From a virus (lineage: Duplodnaviria > Heunggongvirae > Uroviricota > Caudoviricetes), in IMG/VR virus record IMGVR_UViG_2675903352_000015, positions 1 through 14,377 of that record: a DNA stretch of 14,377 nt; one strand, given 5' to 3'. This document shows, piece by piece, positions 7,562 through 13,389 of this stretch. The notes under the pieces were generated by a model. It was given only the letters and a program-made list of their open reading frames with translations, had not been told where the DNA came from and did no database searches. Each line of letters starts with the position of its first letter. Within the stretch, counting starts at the first letter, position 1. Both the position numbers and the translations under genes were made by a program.

Positions 7562-7963
7562 ATGATGAACGCCCTAGAAGTATCTATGTACAGAATCAGC
7601 AAGCTTCTTCAGGAAACTGGATGGAGCCAGGCTGAGCTTGCCCGTAGAATTGGTGTGACACAGCAAACTGTTCAACAATGGGTCAGCGGTAAGGCAACAC
7701 CTAAAGCCTCAAGTTTGGATAAACTGGTTGAGGTTACAGGGCATCCATTGCATTGGTTTTTATTGCCTCCTGAAGAGAGGGAGCAAATTTTCACCCCTGA
7801 TACGATGAAAATTGGTCCTCGCCAACGCGAACTGCTCCAAGCTTTTAGTGCGTTTCCTGAGGAAGACCAGGAAAAAATGCTTCAAGAAATCAAAGACAAG
7901 AAAAAATCAATGGAAGAAACCATTGCCCGATGGTTAGCGGCACAAAAAAGCCGCCTGGCGTGA
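7562..7963 (+). CDS. CI/RacR-like prophage repressor (XRE-family HTH, no S24 peptidase domain)
   Basis: 133 aa; HTH SQAELARRIGVTQQTVQQWVSGKATP; sits between the two operator-bearing divergent promoters in the same arrangement as lambda cI; no C-terminal Ser/Lys autocleavage motif recognised. Confidence 0.7.
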   Translation: MMNALEVSMYRISKLLQETGWSQAELARRIGVTQQTVQQWVSGKATPKASSLDKLVEVTGHPLHWFLLPPEEREQIFTPDTMKIGPRQRELLQAFSAFPEEDQEKMLQEIKDKKKSMEETIARWLAAQKSRLA

Positions 7964-7990
7964 CCACTGAACAAGAAGAGGAGTTATGCC

Positions 7991-8068
7991 ATGAGTACAG
8001 CCCTTTCTCCGATAGTTTCAGAATTCGAAACAACCGAACAAGAAGACAGTTATAACTTCAAGCATTGA
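7991..8068 (+). CDS. possible small ORF (25 aa, acidic) downstream of the repressor
   Basis: ATG 7991 preceded by GAGGAG with a 7-nt spacer; MSTALSPIVSEFETTEQEDSYNFKH; lies between the repressor stop and the terminator. Could be non-coding. Confidence 0.25.
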   Translation: MSTALSPIVSEFETTEQEDSYNFKH

Positions 8069-8133
8069 AATTGCAAATATTGTGCATGCCCGACGACAAT
8101 TTACCTTCTCTATCTAAGCAGAACAATTTTCAT

Positions 8134-8159
8134 ACTCCCTCATTCGAGGGAGTTTTTTT
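8134..8159 (+). terminator. rho-independent terminator ending the repressor transcript
   Basis: 8-bp stem ACTCCCTC / GAGGGAGT with ATTC loop followed by TTTTTT (8154..8159); U-run present only for the plus-strand transcript. Confidence 0.65.
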
Positions 8160-8173
8160 GCCTAAACCAACAA

Positions 8174-8213
8174 TTAAAAACTGTTGACACAAAACAGTTT
8201 TTAATTGTAGATT
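8174..8213 (+). promoter_or_regulatory. pL-like promoter with operator palindrome O2
   Basis: TTGACA (8184..8189), 18-bp spacer, TAGATT (8208..8213); perfect 12-bp inverted repeat TTAAAAACTGTT (8174..8185) / AACAGTTTTTAA (8193..8204) overlapping the -35; same CTGT-N9-ACAG core as O1. Confidence 0.55.
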
Positions 8214-8224
8214 ATTTTCACCAA

Positions 8225-8237
8225 CCCCCCCCCCCCC
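8225..8237. repeat. homopolymeric C13 tract
   Basis: Thirteen consecutive C at 8225..8237, starting about 12 bp downstream of the pL-like -10 hexamer, in the transcript start/5' leader region. Confidence 0.9.
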
Positions 8238-8389
8238 ACAGAACGCCGGGCAATACTTCGAGTTACCCGGCAGTGGTCAGGGGTTAAGTAGCCAGCCCGA
8301 GGCGTAAGAACATGACGGCAGGGTTCAACTTTAACTATGCAGCAGGTTTTTGTTCCGCTACCCCGGCGTTAAGGGGAAATGAGGTCAAC

Positions 8390-8545
8390 ATGGATACTAT
8401 CGATCTTGGCAACAACGAATCTCTGGTGTGCGGCGTGTTCCCAAACCAGGACGGCACATTCACCGCGATGACGTATACCAAAAGCAAAATGTTTAAAACC
8501 GAAAATGGTGCCCGTCGCTGGCTGGAAAGAAACTCAGGTGAGTGA
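8390..8545 (+). CDS. small prophage protein (51 aa; resembles Rac/Qin YdaF/YdfA-type proteins from memory)
   Basis: ATG 8390 with GAGG 5 nt upstream; an in-frame upstream ATG at 8312 (GAGG 9 nt upstream) would give 77 aa, so the start is ambiguous. Confidence 0.5.
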   Translation: MDTIDLGNNESLVCGVFPNQDGTFTAMTYTKSKMFKTENGARRWLERNSGE

Positions 8546-8546
8546 T

Positions 8547-8675
8547 ATGGATTTCGACACAATCATGGAAAAGGCTTACGAAGAATACTTCGAAGGCCTT
8601 GCCGAAGGCGAAGAGGCTCTCAGCTTCAGTGAGTTTAAACAGGCGCTTTCCAGCCCGGCAAAATCTAACGGCTGA
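8547..8675 (+). CDS. small acidic protein (42 aa)
   Basis: ATG 8547 one nt after the preceding stop (coupled); MDFDTIMEKAYEEYFEGLAEGEEALSFSEFKQALSSPAKSNG. The ORF-track alternative (GTG 8542, other frame, Arg-rich low complexity) looks less protein-like. Confidence 0.4.
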   Translation: MDFDTIMEKAYEEYFEGLAEGEEALSFSEFKQALSSPAKSNG

Positions 8676-8704
8676 TAAGCGAAGCAGCACCGCGAGGAAT
8701 CAGT

Positions 8705-8923
8705 ATGCAGAAACGAGAACCCGTCATCATCGCGCCAGACTATACCGATGATGAACTTTATGAGTGGATGCACCAGAAAATTAAGGCAGCGCAGGACCTG
8801 AAATGGGCCAATGAAGCCATGGCTAAGCAGGCCGAAAATCTGTCTGCTCTGGAAAAAGATATTACCAATCTGGAAAAAGCAGCGGCATTAAGCATTGCCA
8901 GAATGATTACATACCCACGTTAA
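8705..8923 (+). CDS. hypothetical helical protein (72 aa)
   Basis: ATG 8705 with GAGGA 6 nt upstream; heptad-like, probably coiled-coil sequence; no family recognised. Confidence 0.5.
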   Translation: MQKREPVIIAPDYTDDELYEWMHQKIKAAQDLKWANEAMAKQAENLSALEKDITNLEKAAALSIARMITYPR

Positions 8924-8945
8924 TAGCTAACCAACGAGGCTAATA

Positions 8946-9353
8946 ATGGAATTTAAAGATTTACCAAAAGAAATCCAGACAATTGCTGCAACGACTCTCG
9001 GTGATAGTCTGGTGAAAATTGACCCGGCATACACCAAAAAAGAAACCATCGATAATATGGTTCGTAATGTGCGCAATGCTTTTTCTGGGCTATATGGTTC
9101 TGATAATCAAAAGCAGGAAAGCGATGTTAATAAACGGGTAATTTCTGTTTGCGTGAATGGCCATGTTCTTTCATCAATCAAAACAGAAACGGCGACAGTC
9201 TTCGATTGCCTTTGCATTGTACAGAGCCTTGTTGATGCCCTGTTTCGTTCAGTGAATTTAGAAAATGATGCAAATCTGCGAGGGCGCACAATAGCACATC
9301 CATATGCACATACTTTAGGCTCTGTGGATATCAAAGATCCCACAAATCTTTAA
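8946..9353 (+). CDS. hypothetical protein (135 aa) in an AT-rich accessory insert
   Basis: ATG 8946 with GAGG 8 nt upstream; visibly AT-richer than flanking prophage genes; no transmembrane segment or known motif recognised. Confidence 0.55.
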   Translation: MEFKDLPKEIQTIAATTLGDSLVKIDPAYTKKETIDNMVRNVRNAFSGLYGSDNQKQESDVNKRVISVCVNGHVLSSIKTETATVFDCLCIVQSLVDALFRSVNLENDANLRGRTIAHPYAHTLGSVDIKDPTNL

Positions 9354-9564
9354 TGAAATAGTTAACGCGAATTGTACTTGCTCTTTCAGTTGCTTTCAGA
9401 ATACGCGTTGAAACTGCTGGCGGTAATTTGGTATTCCATTTATTAAAATCATGCCCGGGAAAGTACTCTTCGAAAATACTTTTAACTGCAGACTCGCCTA
9501 TTGAAATGCTGCTTACCATGCGATTTTGATAAAGGCATTTAGCAATAAGAGTTGATTTTAACAT
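9331..9564 (-). CDS. hypothetical protein (77 aa), convergent with and overlapping the 3' end of the 135-aa gene
   Basis: ATG 9564..9562 preceded by AGGAGG (spacer GTGA) on the minus strand; AT-rich; 3' end overlaps the convergent gene by 23 bp. Confidence 0.45.
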   Translation of the reverse strand: MLKSTLIAKCLYQNRMVSSISIGESAVKSIFEEYFPGHDFNKWNTKLPPAVSTRILKATERASTIRVNYFIKDLWDL

Positions 9565-9957
9565 TCACCCTCCTGAGGGTTGGTAATTAAGGAGTTCTCC
9601 ACGGGTGAAATGGAGTGCGTGCGCCGGACACGGGTGAACATCCGGCACTGACAGTTTACTGAAAGGATATTTCTCTGAAAAGTCAGAGCATAACGCGAAA
9701 GCGCACGGCGAGGTTGCTGGTTCATAGATAGCCTGTCGTTAAATTTTCGTCGACCGTGCGCTTCCGGTTGTGGCACTCCGCGAAATGGCGCGGCGGTAAG
9801 TATGGCGGGGTTATTCCTTCCCCCGTTGAGGACACCGGGTTGTCAGGTTGACCATACGCTTAAGTGACAACCCCGCTGCAACGCCCTCTGTTATCAATTT
9901 TCTGTGACGTTTGGCGGCATCTGTTTGCCCATGAACTGATGTCCGCCCTTTTTAAAG

Positions 9958-10105
9958 TGAATTTTGTGATGCGGTGAATGCGGCTAAGCGCACGCGGAAC
10001 AGTTAAAGCTAAAAACAGTGTTATGGGTGGATTCTCTGTATCCGGCGTTAATTGTTAACTGGTTAACGTCACCTGGAGGCACCAGGCACCGCATCACAAA
10101 ATTCA
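9958..10105. repeat. 19-bp perfect inverted repeat pair flanking a 110-bp segment
   Basis: TGAATTTTGTGATGCGGTG at 9958..9976 and its exact reverse complement at 10087..10105; right arm ends 4 nt before the GAGGA SD of the ORF starting at 10123; internal segment contains GTTAAC-tg-GTTAAC. Confidence 0.85.
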
Positions 10106-10122
10106 TTGTTGAGGACGCGATA

Positions 10123-10311
10123 ATGGAAACGTTATTACCAAACGTTAATACGTCTGAAGGTTGTTTTGAAATTGGTGTCACTATCAGCAATCAGATATTT
10201 ACTGAAGATGCCATTAATAAAAGAAAACACGAACAGGAACTGCTAAATAAAATATGCATTGTTTCGATGCTGGCCCGTTTACGTCTGATGCAAACAGGAT
10301 GCAGGCAATGA
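10123..10311 (+). CDS. hypothetical small protein (62 aa) in the kil-region position
   Basis: ATG 10123 with GAGGA 7 nt upstream; the ORF-track GTG 10018 start would read through the inverted-repeat arm and is less likely. Confidence 0.4.
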   Translation: METLLPNVNTSEGCFEIGVTISNQIFTEDAINKRKHEQELLNKICIVSMLARLRLMQTGCRQ

Positions 10312-10406
10312 ATACGGCATTTGTACTCGTTCTGACTGTTTTTTTGTTTCTGGTGAACCGATTGATCTTGTTATTGACATACATGACTCAATGGAAGAAT
10401 GCATGA
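10308..10406 (+). CDS. possible hydrophobic micro-protein (32 aa, single predicted TM helix)
   Basis: ATG 10308 overlaps the upstream TGA (ATGA coupling); MNTAFVLVLTVFLFLVNRLILLLTYMTQWKNA. Below the length cut-off of the ORF track. Confidence 0.3.
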   Translation: MNTAFVLVLTVFLFLVNRLILLLTYMTQWKNA

Positions 10407-10498
10407 CTGCCGCGGCAGAGCAAAAAATTCCCGGGAACTGTTATCCTGTCGACAAAATTATTCGCATGAACAATAACGAAATCCCGGCAGGCCTTTAA
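10403..10498 (+). CDS. possible micro-ORF (31 aa; 35 aa if started at ATG 10391)
   Basis: ATG 10403 overlaps the preceding TGA (second consecutive ATGA coupling); MTAAAEQKIPGNCYPVDKIIRMNNNEIPAGL. Confidence 0.25.
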   Translation: MTAAAEQKIPGNCYPVDKIIRMNNNEIPAGL

Positions 10499-10590
10499 AA
10501 CAGCCCCATAATAAATATCCGGTTTTATTTTTATATGTCAGCAATGGCAGGGATTTGTCCACCCTTAAATCTGTAATGAGGTAAAACAAA

Positions 10591-13071
10591 ATGAGTAAAG
10601 TCTTTATTTGCGCCGCCATTCCGGACGAACAGGCAACAGCAGAAGGCGCCAAACCTGTGGCCACTGCCATTGAAGCAGGCGACGAACGCCGGGCAAGAGC
10701 CAAATTTAGCTGGTTATTTCTGGAACAATACCCGGAAGCTCAGGACTGTGCTTATAAATTTCTTGTCTGCGAGGATAAACCCGGCATGGCCCGCCCTGCT
10801 CTCGATTCCTGGGATTCCGAATATATGCAGGAAAACCGCTGGAATGAGGAGTCGGCTTCCTTTGTTCCGGTCGACCCTGAACCGGACGCAGAAATTGTTA
10901 ACTTTAATCAGTTATCTGACGACAAGCGGGCTGCTGTCCTTGTCAGGTTCGGTACACATGAAAACATCACCGTGGATATGGTCATCAATGCAAGCGGGCT
11001 TCTCGGCGATGACGAGATGACGACTTTTGATGGACACCTCGCTGAAGCAATTATCCGGACCAGAGAAATTAACGCCATGTATCCAGAGCGTCAGATTGAG
11101 TACATCAACGATGCCAGACGTGATTTAAAACCAACAGCCAAATGGCCCGACGTTCAGGCGTATTTTCTCGAACGTAAAAAACGCATGGAAAAGGAGCGCA
11201 AAGAAGGTGGCGCATATAATTCCGTCGTCGATCTTGCCCGCGCCAGAGTCAACCGGCAAGGCACTGAAAACTCTGCAGGAAAAACTGACTCCGTAACTGC
11301 TGTCATTCGTCGCGAATACAGGCAGACATGGAAAACACTGGATGAAGAACTGGCCTACGCTTTCTGGCCTGGTGATATTGATGCCGGAAACATTGACGGC
11401 AGCATCCATCGCTGGGCAAAAAATGAAGTTATCGACAAAGATCGCGAAGACTGGAAGCGTATTTCCGCATCAATGCGCAAACAACCTGATGCCGTTCGCT
11501 ACGACCGTCAGACTATTTTTGGCCTTGTCCGTGAGCGTCCGATCGACATTCACAAAGATCCCGTGGCGCTGAACAAATACATCACTGAATACCTGGCGAC
11601 AAAGGGCGTGTTTGAGGATGAAGAAACAGACCAGAGCACTGCTGATATTCTCCAGCCGTCAGCAGCACAAACTGATGCAGTGGAAACTGAAGTATCTGAT
11701 ACCCAAAAAAATGAAAGCGCGCTGGAAACTGAACCATCTGTAGAGCGTGAGGGGCCGTTCTACTTCCTCTTCACCGATAAGGATGGCGAAAAATATGGTC
11801 GTGCAAACAAACTTTCTGGTCTGAATAAGGCGCTGGCTGCAGGGGCTACTGAAATCACGAAAGAAGAATATTTTGCCCGTAAAAACGGCACGTACTCAGG
11901 TTCACAACAAAATACTGGTGCATCTGACACGACCGCACAACCAGAGCCGGTAAAAGTTACCGCTGACGAAGTAAACAAAATTATGCAGGCAGCCAATATC
12001 AGCCAGCCTGACGCCGATAAGTTGCTTGCTGCCTCTCGCGGAGAATTTGTTGCAGGGATTAGCGACCCGAATGATCCGAAATGGGTGAAGGGGATTGAAA
12101 CCCGCGATTCTGTAAACCAGAACCAGCAAGAATCGGAACAGAACGACCAGAAAGCGGAACAAAACAGTCAAAATGCGTTACAAAACGAGCCAGAAACGAA
12201 ACAACCTGAGGCAGTAGCGCAACAGGAACCGGAAAAAGTCTGCACCGCCTGCGGTCAGAGCGGTGGCGGCAACTGCCCTGATTGTGGCGCGGTGATGGGC
12301 GACGCAACATACCAGGAAACATTCGATGAAGAGAATCAGGTTGAAGTTCAGGAAAATGATCCGGAGGAAATGGAAGGCGCTGAACATCCACACAAGGAGA
12401 ATGCTGGCAGCGCTCAGGACCACGCCAGCGATAATGAAACTGGTGAGACGGCAGATCCCTTAATTGTGGTGAACGGTCATCACGTTATCACATCCACCAG
12501 CAGAGTGTGGTACCACCTGATGATCGACCTTGAAACAATGGGAACCAACACCAATGCGCCCATCGTGGTTATTGGTGCGGTTTTCTTCGACCCACAAACA
12601 GGGGAAATCGGGCCAGTATTTTATATCGTTATCAGTCTGACTGACGCAATGAATACAGGGGCTGCTCCTGACGGTGGAACCATCAAATGGTGGCTGAAGC
12701 AGTCCAGTGAAGCCAGAGCTGCCATTTTAACAGACCAGGTAAAACTGAAGGATGCCCTTTCGCGGTTTCGGGAGTTCATCAACGAATACTCAGATGAAAA
12801 ATTCGTTCAGGTATGGGGTAATGGTGCAACTTTCGATAACGCAATTTTGCGCACCTCATACGAACGTCTGGACATCCCCTGCCCGTGGCGCTACCACAAC
12901 GATCGCGATGTACGCACAATCGTTGAGCTGGGAAAAACAATCGACTTTGATGCTAGAACCGTTATTCCATTCGAAGGCGTTCGCCACAATGCACTGGATG
13001 ACGCCCGTCACCAGGCAAAATACGTTTCAGCAATCTGGCAAAAACTGATCCCGAATCCGGTTGATTTTTAA
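10591..13071 (+). CDS. RecE-like prophage exonuclease: RecE-type N-terminal/central region and Cys4 zinc ribbon fused to a DnaQ-like DEDDh 3'-5' exonuclease domain
   Basis: 826 aa; GAGGT 8 nt upstream. Segment DKLLAASRGEFVAGISDPNDPKWVKGI...CTACGQSGGGNCPDCGAVMGDATYQETFDEE closely matches Rac RecE as I recall it. C-terminus has DEDDh motifs: MIDLETMG (D646, E648), WGNGATFDNAIL (D749), HNALDDARH (H799, D803/D804). Confidence 0.8.
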   Translation: MSKVFICAAIPDEQATAEGAKPVATAIEAGDERRARAKFSWLFLEQYPEAQDCAYKFLVCEDKPGMARPALDSWDSEYMQENRWNEESASFVPVDPEPDAEIVNFNQLSDDKRAAVLVRFGTHENITVDMVINASGLLGDDEMTTFDGHLAEAIIRTREINAMYPERQIEYINDARRDLKPTAKWPDVQAYFLERKKRMEKERKEGGAYNSVVDLARARVNRQGTENSAGKTDSVTAVIRREYRQTWKTLDEELAYAFWPGDIDAGNIDGSIHRWAKNEVIDKDREDWKRISASMRKQPDAVRYDRQTIFGLVRERPIDIHKDPVALNKYITEYLATKGVFEDEETDQSTADILQPSAAQTDAVETEVSDTQKNESALETEPSVEREGPFYFLFTDKDGEKYGRANKLSGLNKALAAGATEITKEEYFARKNGTYSGSQQNTGASDTTAQPEPVKVTADEVNKIMQAANISQPDADKLLAASRGEFVAGISDPNDPKWVKGIETRDSVNQNQQESEQNDQKAEQNSQNALQNEPETKQPEAVAQQEPEKVCTACGQSGGGNCPDCGAVMGDATYQETFDEENQVEVQENDPEEMEGAEHPHKENAGSAQDHASDNETGETADPLIVVNGHHVITSTSRVWYHLMIDLETMGTNTNAPIVVIGAVFFDPQTGEIGPVFYIVISLTDAMNTGAAPDGGTIKWWLKQSSEARAAILTDQVKLKDALSRFREFINEYSDEKFVQVWGNGATFDNAILRTSYERLDIPCPWRYHNDRDVRTIVELGKTIDFDARTVIPFEGVRHNALDDARHQAKYVSAIWQKLIPNPVDF

Positions 13072-13137
13072 TGTTCAACCCTGATCGCCGTCTCCGAATT
13101 ATATTGGCGGCGGTCATGCTGTAAGGCACGTGACCAC

Positions 13138-13389
13138 ATGTACGAATTAACTCTATCGCCAGCAGAGATTCAAGAGATCACGAAATACGAGCGATACACA
13201 AAACAGCAACACCAGTTAAGGCTGCACGGTATCCCATTTGTAATCGGTCCTAAAAACGAACCAATAGTTCTTCGCAGGGATATTCCACACGGACTGACTA
13301 CGATGCCAAAAGCACCTGAACTAGTTTCCGCTGAACCCGATTTTGAGGCGCTGAACAATGGGAAGACCAAGAAAAAACAAAAAAGATAA
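13138..13389 (+). CDS. xis: excisionase (lambda Xis-like)
   Basis: 83 aa; N-terminus MYELTL and lysine-rich C-terminus NNGKTKKKQKR resemble lambda Xis (MYLTL...NGKKAKS) from memory; overlaps the integrase start by 32 bp as in lambda. Confidence 0.55.
   Translation: MYELTLSPAEIQEITKYERYTKQQHQLRLHGIPFVIGPKNEPIVLRRDIPHGLTTMPKAPELVSAEPDFEALNNGKTKKKQKR

Noticed and set aside
8312-8389. N-terminal extension making the YdaF-like gene 77 aa
   Set aside because: Not firmly rejected: both ATG 8312 and ATG 8390 have SD-like sequences. The shorter form was preferred because it matches the roughly 51-aa size I recall for this family; it needs homologue alignment.
9558-9776. 72-aa minus-strand ORF (Arg-rich) and 9984-10190 minus ORF in the GC-rich intergenic region
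   Set aside because: Low-complexity, arginine-rich translations typical of GC-rich non-coding sequence read out of frame; no SD; the region is better explained as structured non-coding DNA.
10670-13048. Multiple ORFs of 76-116 aa on both strands inside the exonuclease gene (e.g. 10670-11020 plus, 11125-11409 minus, 11902-12171 minus, 12059-12391 minus, 12752-13048 plus)
   Set aside because: They are fully embedded in or antisense to an 826-aa gene with clear domain content; products are low-complexity or Arg/Leu-rich and have no RBS context; typical shadow ORFs.
13071-13124. 17-aa ORF (MFNPDRRLRIILAAVML) overlapping the exonuclease stop codon
   Set aside because: Very short, no RBS, and lies in a 66-bp intergenic spacer; no support beyond an ATG.
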